DNA of 64,000 nt. Origin: Octopus vulgaris (taxonomy: Eukaryota). Numbering within the stretch: position 1 is the first letter of the stretch; each line of letters begins with the position of its first letter. Positions 12,600-26,849 of this stretch are shown one piece after another. The DNA is taken from positions 19,902,001-19,966,000 of the forward strand of contig OX597827.1 in NCBI GenBank assembly GCA_951406725.2, in the 5' to 3' direction. Position numbers and translations under genes: made by a program. The notes under the pieces were generated by a model that saw only the letters and a program-made list of their open reading frames with translations, ran no database searches and was not told the DNA's origin.

Positions 12600-12681
12600 A
12601 ATGTACTAAAGAGATTTACTCTGATATTCTCATTTAAATATGAATAGGTAAATTCGGGCGGTTTGGTAACGAAAGGGTTAA
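12600..12681. mobile_element. Possible piggyBac-type MITE terminus
   Basis: Ends ...ggtaacgaaaGGG-TTAA; only one end visible. Confidence 0.4.
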
Positions 12682-12798
12682 ACGGATGCATACATTTATT
12701 AATAACTATATATAAGTGTCGTCTGTTTATACATAAACACTGTTTCATACTTTCAGTTTAGTCTTCCTCAAATCACTCTGTCGCTATTATGTAAAGCC

Positions 12799-13725
12799 TT
12801 TTACATAATTGTCACATTGAATATTATGCATTCAAAAAAGTTTTTTACATAATTGTCACATTGGATATTATGAATTCAAAAATGTTTTTTTATACAAAAT
12901 TGTCACATTACATGTATAAATATAGTGTTTGGTAACAGAGAAGTTCAATAGTGTGATGAGAATATTTGGAAAAATTGGCAGAAAAGGATAAAACAAATAT
13001 ATTATTGGAAATTTGGTTGCGTTAATTATTGGTTGTCGCAAATTGTCACATTACATGTATATATATACAGTCTTTGGTATATATATACAATATTTTGACA
13101 GCAAAAATTAAAATGGATTTTTTATACATCTCAGAATATTTTAAGTTGAAGGCGAGAATGTGTTGTTACTAACCTGTTTGTCACACACACACATATGTGA
13201 ATATATGTGTGTGACAAACAGACGCTGCTTGACCAGCAGGCATACTAACCTCCTGATAACCCCAAAACCATTGATGCTTGAAGGGGAGTATACACCACAC
13301 TGGGTACAACCTTTTTTCTCTCAATTCAATCCTTCTGCTAAAACAAACAGGTTAGTAACAACACATTCTCGCCTTCAACTTAAAATATTCTGAGATGTAT
13401 AAAAAATCCATTTTAATTTTTGCTGTCAAAATATTGTATATATATACCAAAGACTGTATATATATACATGTAATGTGACAATTTGCGACAACCAATAATT
13501 AACGCAACCAAATTTCCAATAATATATTTGTTTTATCCTTTTCTGCCAATTTTTCCAAATATTCTCATCACACTATTGAACTTCTCTGTTACCAAACACT
13601 ATATTTATACATGTAATGTGACAATTTTGTATAAAAAAACATTTTTGAATTCATAATATCCAATGTGACAATTATGTAAAAAACTATTTTGAATGCATAA
13701 TATTCAATGTGACAATTATGTAAAA
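12799..13725. repeat. Near-perfect inverted repeat: 383-bp arms (12799-13181, 13343-13725), 161-bp spacer
   Basis: Arms are reverse complements with one mismatch that I could find (aaaaag vs aaatag). Confidence 0.95.
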
Positions 13726-13884
13726 AACTTTTTTGAACCCATATTATTCAATGATACTTTTAATGTTACTTTTGACAATCTTTTACCAAAGAGTGAAACC
13801 GGTTAAGTAAATAAACATCGTTTAAATTGCATTTTCAAACCTTTTTTCTTATATAATCCCACTCGTGCGATACCCCACAACTCA

Positions 13885-13930
<46 letters not shown>

Positions 13931-13979
13931 CACACACATGCTTACATATTCAAATGTAGAAATGAAATATATATATATG

Positions 13980-14200
13980 CACACACCAACATCGGTTGTC
14001 AAGCGATGGGGGTGGGCAAACACACAGATACATACATATATACGTCGGGTTTCTTTCAGTTTCCGTCTACCAAATCCACTCACAAAGCTTTGGTTGATCC
14101 GAAGCTATAGCAGGAGACACTTGCCCAAGGTGCCACGCAGTGGGACTGAACCCGGAAGTATGAGATTGGGAAGCAAGCTTCTTACCACACAGCCACGCCT
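13980..14200 (-). mobile_element. SINE family B, 5' half
   Basis: acaccaacatcggttgtcaagcgat...cttaccacacagccac. Confidence 0.9.
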
Positions 14201-14269
14201 TCTCCTATATATTCATCAATTGACAATCATTTATGTAAAAATACATACATACATATATACAAAAATACG

Positions 14270-14380
14270 CTGTTGTTGATGTTGAAATTCCAATGACGGA
14301 ACCTTGGATCTAGGTTAGAAACCAGTTCTTTCTCTATTGGCAAGATATTCTTGAAATGAACTGAATAATGACATACATTC
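14270..14380 (+). mobile_element. Isolated 3' end of the LINE family seen at 16530-17800
   Basis: ccttggatctaggttagaaacc...aactgaa...acatac resembles the reverse complement of 16530-16640. Confidence 0.5.
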
Positions 14381-14890
14381 ATCTATATATATGAATGCTG
14401 TCAAATGATGGGTATCAAAGTTTGACAACTGGACTCCTAAAAGCTACAAATAAAAACGGCTGTCGTGAACGAAGCTAACGATGAGGAAATTTAGACTAAA
14501 ATCGAGGGGAAAAGCACAAGATTGGACCAAGATGCAACAACTGAGAAAAAAACCCTTCGTCTACCGAAATACAGTGGCCGATGTTTCATAAGAAAGGCTG
14601 AAGAAAATACTCCCACGCGTGCACATATACTCACATATATGTATGCATGTATAATTATGTGTGTGTGTGTGTGTATGTGTGCTTGTATGCATATAGAAGA
14701 TTGCGGTTCCATATCTATGTAGGTTCCAATTACTCTAAACATAATTCAGTCGACGTTAGATGCTGCTCGGCGTTTCTGGTTCGCAGCCCTGAGGTGACGG
14801 ACGTTGTAGTTTTTGAAGCTTGCTCATATATTTACCAAGTGATTGGCTGCAATCACATGGCATTTTGCTTGGTACGGGCCTCCACGCAAG

Positions 14891-16390
14891 TGGGGTTATT
14901 TGGATAGAAATGGGATTATTTGGATAGAAGTAAGATTATTTGGATAAAAATGGGATGATTTGGATAAAAGTGGGATTACTTGGATAGAAATGGGATTATT
15001 TGAATTGAAGTGAGATCATTTGGATAGAAGTGGGATTATTTGGATAGCAGAGGGATTATTTGTATAGAAATAGGATTATTTGGATTGAAGTGGGATTATT
15101 TGGATAGCAGAGGGATTATTTGGATAGAAATGGGATTATTTGGATTAAAGTGGGATTATTTGGATAGAAGTGGGATTATTTGGATAGAAGTGAGATCATT
15201 TGGATAGAAGTGGGATTACTTGGATAGCAGAGGGATTATTTGGATAGAAATGGGATTATTTGGATAGAAGTGGGATTATTTGGATAGAAGTGGGATTATT
15301 TGGATAAAAGTGGGATTATTTGGGTAGAAGTGGTATTATTTGGATAGAAGTGGTATTATTTGGATAAAAGTGGGATTATTTGGATAGAAGTGGGATTATT
15401 TGGATAGAAGTGGGATTATTTGGATAGAAGTGGGATTATTTGGATAGAAGTGGGATTATTTGGATAGAAGTGGGATTATTTGGATAGAAGTGGGATTATT
15501 TGGATAAAAGTGGGATTATTTGGATAGAAATGGGATTATTTGGATAGAAATGGGATTATTTGGATAGAAGTGGGATTATTTGGATAGAAGTGGGATTAGC
15601 TGGATAGAAATGGGATTATTTGGATAGAAATGAGATCATTTGGATAGAAGTGGGATTATTTGGATAGAAATGGGATTATTTGGATAGAAATGGGATTAGC
15701 TGGATAGAAGTGGGATTAGCTGGATAGAAGTGGGATTAGCTGGATAGAAGTGGGATTAGCTGGATAGAAATTGGATTATTTGGATAGAAATGGGATTATC
15801 TGGATAGAAGTGGGATTATTTGGATAGAAGTGGGATTATTTGGATAGAAGTGGGATTATTTGGATAGAAGTGGGATTATTTGGATAGAAACGGGATTATT
15901 TGGATAGAAGCGGGATTATTTGGATAGAAGTGGGATTATTTGGATAGAAATAGGATTATTTGGATAGAAGTGGGATTATTTGGATAGAAATGGGATTATT
16001 TGGATAGAAGTGGGATTATTTGGATAGAAATGGGATTATTTGGATAGAAGTGGGATTAGCTGGATAGAAGTGGGATTAGCTGGATAGAAATGGGATTATT
16101 TGGATAGAAATGGGATTAGCTGGATAGAAGTGGGATTAGCTGGATAGAAGTGGGATTAGCTGGATAGAAGTGGGATTATTTGGATAGCAGTGGGATTATT
16201 TGGATAGAAGTGGGATTATTTGGATAGAAGCGGGATTATTTGGATAGAAGCGGGATTATTTGGATAGAAGTGGGATTATTTGGATAGAAGTGGGATTATT
16301 TGGATAGAAATGGGATTATTTGGATAGAAGTGGGATTATTTGGATAGAAGTGGGATTATTTGGATAAAAGCGGGGTTATTTGGATACAAA
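14891..16390. repeat. Tandem satellite/minisatellite, 20-bp unit TGGGATTATTTGGATAGAAG, about 75 copies
   Basis: Strict 20-bp period with no indels over 1500 bp. Confidence 0.98.
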
Positions 16391-16529
16391 GAAAAAGGAA
16401 AATAGAACTATTAAAAATGTATAAATTATGCGAGTGTGTTCATGTATGCGTAAATATATGTATACATGAATAGAGAGGGGGGGAGAAAGAAAGCGAAAGA
16501 GACATAGATAGATAGAGAGGGAGATAGTT

Positions 16530-17800
16530 GGTATGTGTGTTCAGTTCTATTTTTAATTATTTGAAGTATTTACAGGTAAGGAAGGTTGGTTTCTAACAAA
16601 CATACAAGGCTCTGTCTTTAGAATGTAGATCAAAATCAATATCCCATTTCAAACATGAGAACCGTTTTCCATATTTTGACTCTTCCCCTTACAATTTGTC
16701 TTAATTGGTTGATTTCTCTGATTTTGCCAGAGATGCTCCCATCAGCAGGGGGCAAACTAACCTTTTTCACAGTTCTCCTTATTCATGTCTGTCCCAAACA
16801 ACATCCAGCCTGTTATGTTTATACTTGATAGAAATTTTGGCGGGGATGTTTCCCTCAATATTCCCTTAGTTGATGTTCCTATGCGTAATGAACAACAGGG
16901 AAATTCCTTATATTTTTCTCGGGACCGTCTGCGTTTTTCGATGGCATTGAATATTATTTTAGCGACAAAGTCATGTCACGTTGGAAGGTAGTATCTTGAT
17001 GACAGTTTTTGGACAACTGCTAATCACAGTTTAATATCTTCCACATAAATAGCAAATAATCAGCATTGTTTTCGCGTGTTTTGTAGCAATCTCCTCCTTT
17101 CGAGTTTTCAAACGCATAACCTTTGAAGTATGATGCGATGCGGCGGTCGCAAATCCAAGAAATGCAACATTTCATGTCGATATTATTGTCATCATCAAAT
17201 CTTCGGGAAATTTCTCCATGTCTAGTCTCTTTCGATGTGCTGAGTATTTCATGTGCAGGTCTTGTTTGAGCTAAGTTAGTGCAGCCTTTTGGCGAGTGTA
17301 TGGGAAGTCGTCAAGGAGAGAGTACTTCCGAGGAACTCCTTGCCGACACGTAGAATGGTGTTCTCTTCATTTTTCAGCACTCAGTTTACAAGTTGCTTCT
17401 GCTGTTGTTGTTTAGAAGTTGTTATCTGAGAAAGACTATTCGACATTCGAAAGTTGTCCACACCTCCTTCAGCTCTTCTTATGTAGAGCCTGTCGATATA
17501 ACTATTTCTGTGGAAGTTTCCAAATAATGTCGGAATCTTGCAGGTCTTAACGTTTGTGGAATGGATTTTTTTCTGTACAGCTGTCAACTATCCCAGATAA
17601 TGGAATCAACACTCGTACAGCAAATTGCAATGTGGAATATTGTTTTGTTGTAAGAGTTTCGACTGCCAGAATTGTGTGAGTCTGGTGTAATATTCTCAAG
17701 TCACTCTCTTTATTCACAGCGCCTTCGTATATGTTTTCATCAATGCTTAGATATTTGTAGTATTCTTTATGTGGAAGAGAAGAGAGATAGAGAGAGTGAG
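16530..17800 (-). mobile_element. Degenerate R4/Dong LINE, 3' part
   Basis: YKYLSIDEN, FHRNSYIDRLYIRRAEGG, YYLPT*HDFVAKII, KHNRLDVVWD. Confidence 0.8.
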
Positions 17801-17947
17801 AGATTGACCCACAGGTTTGGGGTTTAAAGGACGGGTTTTCCATGTTCAACAATCAAATGCGAACACTTCTATTGACCAAATTCCATTCGTATGTCAGCTG
17901 AAAATGTAATTAACTCCAGTTGGTTTTTTGGCATTGCTAACATTTTT

Positions 17948-18235
17948 GAGCAAGTGTCTTCTGCTATAGCCTCGGGCCGACCAAAGCCTTGTGAGTGGAT
18001 TTGGTAGACGGAAACTGAAAGAAGCCCGTCGTATATATGTATATATATATATATATAGACAACCGATGCTGGTGTGTTTACGTCCCCGTCACTTAGCGGT
18101 TCGGCAAAAGAGACCGATAGAATAAGTACTGGGCTTGCAAAGAATAGGTCTCGGGGTCGATTTGCTCGACTAAAGGCGGTGCTCCAGCATGGCCGCAGTC
18201 AAATGACTGAAACGAGTAAAAGAGAAAAGAGAGAA
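17948..18235 (+). mobile_element. SINE family B (head missing, internal deletion)
   Basis: gcaagtgtcttct...ggcggtgctccagcatggccgcagtcaaatgactgaaac. Confidence 0.92.
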
Positions 18236-18406
18236 ATGTGTTCACAGAGTTTTTGTAATAAATGATGAAGGATTTAATGCCAAAATGAACTGAATTACAA
18301 GAAGGCTAATTCCTTGGGATGTTCTCTAAGGGAATTTATTTTTTTATGACTTCACTGGTTGAATAAGGGGATCCTCTCTCAGAAATGCATTAAGGAGTAT
18401 TCAACC

Positions 18407-18638
18407 TATTTCTTTATTACCCACAAGGGGCTAAACATAGATGGGACAAACAAGGACAGACATAGGTATTAAGTCGATTCCATCGACCCCAGTGCGTAAC
18501 TGGTACTTAATTTATCGACCCCGAAAGGATGAAAGGCAAAGTCGACCTCGGCGGAATTTGATCTCACAGCGTAACGACAGACGAAATATGGCTACGCATT
18601 TCGCCCGGCGTGCTAACGTTTCTGCCAGCTCGCCGCCT
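18407..18638 (-). mobile_element. Full-length SINE family A (A1 tail)
   Basis: 16-bp TSD taaggagtattcaacc (18391-18406, 18641-18656). Confidence 0.95.
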
Positions 18639-19821
18639 TCTAAGGAGTATTCAACCGCTTATACAGTCAGCGAATTGTTCAGTTGATCAAACAACTGAAT
18701 CCGGCCCGTTGTAAAAGGCTGAGGTCCATTTAATTTATATTGGTGTGTGTGTGTGTGTGTGTTGGTGTACATTTATGGATGTGTGTGTTTGTGTGCACGT
18801 GTGTTTTTGTACGAATTTACTTGTGTGTATGTGTGTGTGTGCTCGTGTATGAATGTGCGTTTGTGTGTTGAAAACAATTATTCTTTCTTAAAAAGTGACT
18901 CCATAATAGTTTTGCGTATTCCTGCCACGTTGCTGCCGTCATTTACTCGTCTGAATCTGGAATTGACAGCCATTGACGGAATAGTCCAAAGAGGAGAGTC
19001 TGTGATGAGCGAACAAATAATTGTACTCATTGATGAGCAGAATGCACAGAATGATGGGGAATAACAAGGCATATTATCTTTAAAATCTTCAATTTAGACG
19101 GATCAAGATATAAAAGGCCCGAAAACACACAGTCAATGTTCAGCTAAGCCAGCGAAGATTACCGAAAAATCCCGATGTCAAGAGATTGATAAGAGATAGG
19201 CTTAAAAGTCATTCAAGCGATGGCAAAATGCAAGCTTTTCGGCTGGCACATTATTTAAATAGCGGCTTTCGTTTATGCATGTGTGTATGCACGACATTGT
19301 GTGCGTGTGTATGTGTGTGTGTGTGTGTGTACATACACGTGTATGCGTGTTGCTGTCTCAATGCAATTGTTTGTGAATAAGCGGTTGTGTATTAGCATGT
19401 ATTTGCTTCTTTGTGTGTGTGTGTGTGTATGTGCGTTATGTCCGTTTCTGTACGATGTACACATGTGTCTCGGAGCCAATGTTCATCTTAGCTGTGTATA
19501 TGTCTATGTATTTCTATGACTACGTTGCGCATGCGTACATTAATGTGTGTGTGTGTTGAAGAGAGAGAGAGGGGAGAGGAGAGGAAAGTGAACGAAGAAC
19601 GGGTAGAAAATTATTGAAGTGAGAAAGAGAGGAGACGGAAGTAGGAGTGGAATGAGATATGGCGGAAAGGATGGGAAAACAAATTGTAAAGTCAGCCATT
19701 AAATGGGGAGGGGGAGATTACGTAAGGGTGACAGGTTGGTGTGTAGATCATAGATAGATAATGAGAGAAAGAGAGCGAGAGAAAATCTCTCTCTGGTCAC
19801 TCGACTTGCTAGCAGTGTGTG

Positions 19822-19876
<55 letters not shown>

Positions 19877-21137
19877 ATGTATGTATACACCCACATATAT
19901 GAGTGTGTGTGTGTGTACGAAAATCAGCTAAGAGTAACATTTCAAAGTGGTCAGTGGCCCTGTTTGAACAACGATGAATACGGGTATATTAAATACCATA
20001 CAACTAGATGTGCGTGTGGTGTGTGTGTGTGTGTGTGTGTCCATCCTCATGGTTGAAAATTAATGCCTTGAGATATAATCCGCCACAGACGGCAATCTTG
20101 TGCTGCAGTTTACTCTCTCTCTCCCTCTCTCTCCCCTTATCTTCTTTCCCATCCAGTCCGCCACATCTTCACTCAAATTGCCCGACCCAGCGGAACTTGT
20201 GCTTTCAGTATTCCGTGATAAAAATCGTTCACTCCACTCCCTTTCCGAGTTACCTCCTTTCAAACATGTTTCCCGTTACGTTCTTTCTAATAGGAATCTT
20301 CGCATCACCCTCCCCATTGGAGCGAATGGTTGTTCATTGTCTGCAGTATTCTTATGTATATAAGCGTGCGTATAAGCGTGTAACTAGGACGGTGCAATCG
20401 AAGGCATTGAGACGTAGGGTCTTATCTAGCAATGCTTTAAGAACATTTTTAATCAAGACTTCTTTTTACGCTACTCTGACTGTGTGCGAGTGTTCAGGTC
20501 TAGGTAGATGCTTAGTCTGGCCCAGGAATATATATACACCTTCACCTCAATTCACACCGCTATTCGACTTCGTGCTGTGTTTCCGAACCGCGTCTATTTT
20601 GTTTCCGTACGGTTTCTTTTACAGCCTCCTGTTGAATGTCTTCAGTTCTGACCTCCCTCCAGACCCAAAGGTCAGTAGATCGTGCAGTGTTGATGGCATC
20701 ATATTTGCATTTTTAACAGCGTATTTAATTCTCAATTACATACATATACACACACACATATATGTTCGTTTTGCAAGATTCTTGATGCGAATTGGTGTGT
20801 TGAAACAGATATTGTATTTGGGGATGGTCATGTTTCTGTCGCAAAAGATCATGTATATATATATATATATAGTAAAATAAGGATTCAAAATAGAATCAGG
20901 TACTTGAAAAAATATGCACCAGGTAGGGCTGGATATACCTGTGGTTCATGGTAGGTAAGCACCCAGAAGGATATTCCGGTTGTGTACACAGAGAAAACCA
21001 ACGCTATGAGTATTTAGCACCTAGGGGCGGGAGCGATGATTAGGATTCAGAATGCAGTAGATTTGAATAGACAGAGAGAGAAGTCAGTGTGACCGTGGGA
21101 TAGGATATCTATAAGGAACAGAAAAGAATGTTTATGA

Positions 21138-21505
21138 AGAAGCTTGCTTCCAAACCTCATGGTTCTAGTTTCAGTCCCACTGCGAGCCACTTTTGGCAAG
21201 TGTCTTCTACTTTAGCTTCAGGCCGACCAAAGCCTTGTGAGTGGATCTGATAGACAGAAACTGAGAGAAGCCTGTCGTATATGTATATCTGTGTGTGCAT
21301 CTTTGTGTCTGTGTTTACCCCTCCACCACCACCATCACTTGACAACCGATGTTGGTGTGTTTACGTCCCCCATAACATATCGGTTCGGCAAAAGAGTCCG
21401 ATAGAATAAGTACTAGGCTTACAAAGAATAAGTCCTGGGAGTCAATTTTTTTTTACTAAAGCCCAGCATGGCCGCAGTCAAATGACTGAAACAAGTAAAA
21501 GAAGA
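21138..21505 (+). mobile_element. SINE family B, near full length
   Basis: Colinear with the other B copies. Confidence 0.92.
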
Positions 21506-21599
21506 TATTCTTGTTTAAGAAAAATATATTTATACTCTACAAAAATATAGAGTCACCCATCAAATTATTGTGAGGCTATTTATATTATAGCTAAACATA

Positions 21600-21642
<43 letters not shown>

Positions 21643-21959
21643 ATGTATGTATACGCTCGCGCGCGTGCGTGTGCATATGTAGCTGATGTAGAGAGATTAA
21701 GACGGAAAATGTAAGATATACTAAGATAAAAAAAACAAAAGACTATTGTACGAGAATGACGAAGAGAGAAGAAGAGCATCACTGGATGCTGGAAATTTAT
21801 GAATCGAGTCAAATGAAGAAAGAAATTGGGTAAAAAGTGTGTGGGTGGGGGTGTAGGACAGGTTGAGAATGAGAGTGTGGGAGCGATAGGGAGAGGGTTA
21901 TTTTTATGAAAGAGAAATGAAGACGAAACAGGAGTCAGGATTTTTTTTATTTTTTTTAT

Positions 21960-22352
21960 TTTTACTTGTTTCAGTCATTTTGACTGCGGCCATGCTGGAG
22001 CACCGCCTTTAGTCGAGCAAATCGACCCCAGGACTTATTCTTTATAAGCCTAGTACTTATTCTATCGGTCTCTTTTGCCGAACCGCTAAGTTTCGTAAAC
22101 ACACCAGCATCGGTTGTCAAGCGATATTGGGAGGACAAACACAGACACACAAACATATGCACACACATACATATATATATACATATATACGACAGGCTTC
22201 TTCCAGTTTCCGTCTACCAAATCCACTCACAAGGCTTTGGTCGGCCCGAGGCTGTAGTAGAAGGCACTTGCCCAAGGTGCCACGCAGTGGGACTGAACCC
22301 GGAACCATGTGGTTGGTAAGCAAGCGACTTACCACACAGCCACTCCTGCGCC
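21960..22352 (-). mobile_element. Full-length SINE family B
   Basis: tRNA-like head ggcgcaggagtggctgtgtggtaag...gggttcagtccc on the minus strand, internal (TA)/(CA) tract, A-rich tail. Confidence 0.95.
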
Positions 22353-22469
22353 TGTATGTGTACATGTGTGTGTATATGTATGTACGCACGTGTGTATGTG
22401 TGTATGCACATAGTCACTCATATCAATATATATTATATATACACACTCATACACTTTTTGTATTTTTGT

Positions 22470-22665
22470 GTATGTTCTCCCCTTTAGCCCTTGACAACAG
22501 ACGTTGGTTTGTTTACATTCCCATAACTTAGTAATTCGAATGGAAAGATCGATAGAATACATGCCAGACATGAAACTAGTTCTGGGGTGGATTTGTTTAA
22601 GTAAATTGTTCAAAGCGGTGCCCCAGTCTGGTCGCACTCCAATGATTGAGATAAGGAAAAGAAAA
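22470..22665 (+). mobile_element. Old SINE family B 3' half
   Basis: cttgacaac...gatagaat...gcggtgccccag motif order. Confidence 0.65.
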
Positions 22666-22842
22666 GAATATGATATTAAAGAGAGAAAGGGTGGAAGAGG
22701 AGCAATTGTTTGGGACTAATAATGGAAAGTCTTCAATATGGCCGTGTTTATATTGCGGTGATGGCGTCTCTGTGATTAGATTTTAGATAAGCAAATCTGA
22801 ATGAAATGCAAGCAGCCGTTCACAACAACACACAAACACGTA

Positions 22843-22910
<68 letters not shown>

Positions 22911-23342
22911 CGGAAAAAACAATAGAAAGGCTAAAAGCAAATCAAAGCGAAAGACCCCCGCTCCCACGCCATTGCGTTGGTCGTAGGGTTGGCAAGGGAG
23001 ACTAATTATAATTCATGAGATTTTTGACTTTCAGCTTCGTTCGTTGTTTCTGTCCAATTATTTGCTCTCATCAAGCCAAATCTTCTCATTTACTTTGGAC
23101 ATTTGTCGCGGTGTAGCTATGGTATTGATGTTGTTATTAGTGGTCATGGCGCTGGGGTGGGGGGAAGCTGGTGGTGAAGGCTGGCTGGCTGGCTGTTTGT
23201 CAAAGTGGTGGTTGGTTTTTGGTTTTATATAAACCATTTTCTACAGAATAGAAAAAAAAACAAAATATTAAAACATTGGAAAGAAAAATTCGAACATATA
23301 TATATTTACATATATTCAAATGTGTGCCTGTGTATGTATATG

Positions 23343-23399
<57 letters not shown>

Positions 23400-23572
23400 T
23401 CATAGTTGTTTACATAAACAGGATATGCTACAAACTGTTTCAGTTTATCGTCTGTTCACTTCTTATTTGCTGAGTATATAATTTTAAGTTACGATGTATT
23501 ATCACTAACGGATTATGTGTGTATATGTTTATATATACACATATAAATGTGTATACACACACACACACACAC

Positions 23573-23611
<39 letters not shown>

Positions 23612-23646
23612 TACATATATATAGATATATATATATATAGATATAT

Positions 23647-23694
<48 letters not shown>

Positions 23695-23939
23695 GCATGC
23701 TTACACACACAAAATGTAATATAATGGAATGGACCGAAGAAAACGAGAAAACCTACTAAAAACATAAAACTATAAAAAAACAGTTAAATTTCCCATCATG
23801 CAAAGCAAGGACAATTATTGTTGTTAAGCTTTAACTGACACCTCCCCTCATGTATTCAAATCCCTACCCCCTCTCCGTCTCTCTGTCTGTCTGTCTGTCT
23901 GTCTGTCTCTGTCTCTCTCTCTCTCTCGCTGTCTCTCTC

Positions 23940-24044
<105 letters not shown>

Positions 24045-24833
24045 TACTCTTTTCTCATTTCTCTTTTAGTTTTTCCTTTGTTTTTCTTTTTCATACAAAA
24101 TTTATTTCTCTGAAAAGTTGTTTTTGCTATTGTTGTCAGTTATTTGTATCATCCTTGAAGTTGTTGTTGTTGTTGTTTACGGCCGTCTTTTTCATTTTTG
24201 TTGTTGTTGTTGTTGTTGTGTGTTACTGTCGTAAGTATTACTAGTCGTTGTTGTTGCTGTTGTTGTTATTGCTGATGTCGATCTTCCTCCAGTTCTCACT
24301 CTTCTATTTAATGTTGTTGTCGTCCATTGTAGATTGGAAAAAGCTTTTCCTTATTTCATTCTTTTTTTTTTGTCTTAAAAAACCTCTTCCCACCCCTAAT
24401 ACCAACAAAAGTCAATCTTTCTTCCTCCAATCCACGTTTACTCAAGGATTTTTGTTGTCTTCTACTTTCATTCATTTCTTTTTTTTTTTAATTTTAGTGT
24501 TTTTTTTTTTCCTGCTTCTATAATTGTCGTTCTTCTCATGTTGTTGGTTATGTTGTTGTTTGTTGTTGGTTTTGCTCTTCTTACATTTGAGCATTTTTCC
24601 CCATTTGCAAAACTTCTTATATGTTTAATGTTTACTATCAGCTGTTGTTGTTATTGTTGTTGCTGTCATTACTATGCAACGCTTATTTCCAAATGACAAA
24701 CCCAGTTTAGGTCATTTATCGAGAATCTCTGTTCCATATGAAGTTGTTGTAATGAGCAAATGCAATCAAGCGTTCAGCCGAAATGAAATCCTTCATTTTA
24801 CTCTATTTACACACACACACATAAACAAACACA

Positions 24834-24890
<57 letters not shown>

Positions 24891-25006
24891 GGGTGCGTGT
24901 GGTAACATTACTCATGTATGTTGACACATGTATAAAAACTTAGAAATCCTCCTCCACATATACGGACACCACTGCACGTAGACACTCACAGATTTACTTC
25001 GATGCA

Positions 25007-25051
<45 letters not shown>

Positions 25052-25469
25052 GTGTGTGTGTGTGTGTACTTTCGTGCCTATGTGAGTTTACTTTCGTAAC
25101 GTATGTGAGTAGGCCCCATAACTATCTTGAGTTTCACGTGTGAGGCGATCGTTGTGAGTTTGAATACTGAAAGCAAGACGGTGGATAGAATTGTTACTGG
25201 TTCCTCTGCTCTCAATAAGTCAAAAATCAGAGAGCTTCGGCGGGTTCTGCTGGCATTGATGGAATTCAAAGGGAAGCGATTAATACTTGTTGTGTGTCTG
25301 TGTGTGTTTGTCTGTCTATATACACATGCATGTCTGCATGCGTGTGCACACATTTATATCTATATTTGAATGCGTACGTTTGTGTGTCTGTCTGACAAGC
25401 ACAGTCACATAACATATACATATAAGTATATATACTCATATGTATATAATGTAAATATACTTGCATGCA

Positions 25470-26430
<961 letters not shown>

Positions 26431-26849
26431 GGGTACAGGACGTCACGAACGGTGCAAATAGCATGAAATACGTAAACAGCGAGGAAAATGGGTAACAGGA
26501 CAAGTAAACACAGAGAAATGACCCTTCATCAGTTGTCGGCTATCTACTCCTCATGTCTTGCATTCAACGACAATTTGAGTCTTCAGACAGTTGCTCCCAT
26601 AAATTCTAAAATAAAATTTAGGCTTTATGGAGGGTTAAAGTTGGGAGTATACATTAAATTATGATGCTTTTATTTAAGTGTATACACAGCACATACGCTT
26701 ACGCACCCTCCATCTAGTTCGTATATATACATTTATATATTATATATCTAGTTCGTATACATACATTTGTGAGGACATTAGTATACCCCCACATACGCAT
26801 ACATAATAGTTTATGCACTCGCATTCACGTATCCCATATAAATATACCC

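Noticed and set aside
14891-16390. CRISPR-like array
   Set aside because: Contiguous tandem units with no unique spacers, no cas genes, eukaryotic context.
20008-20880. 290-aa ORF
   Set aside because: Spans microsatellites, has no recognisable motifs or exon structure; probably a chance ORF.
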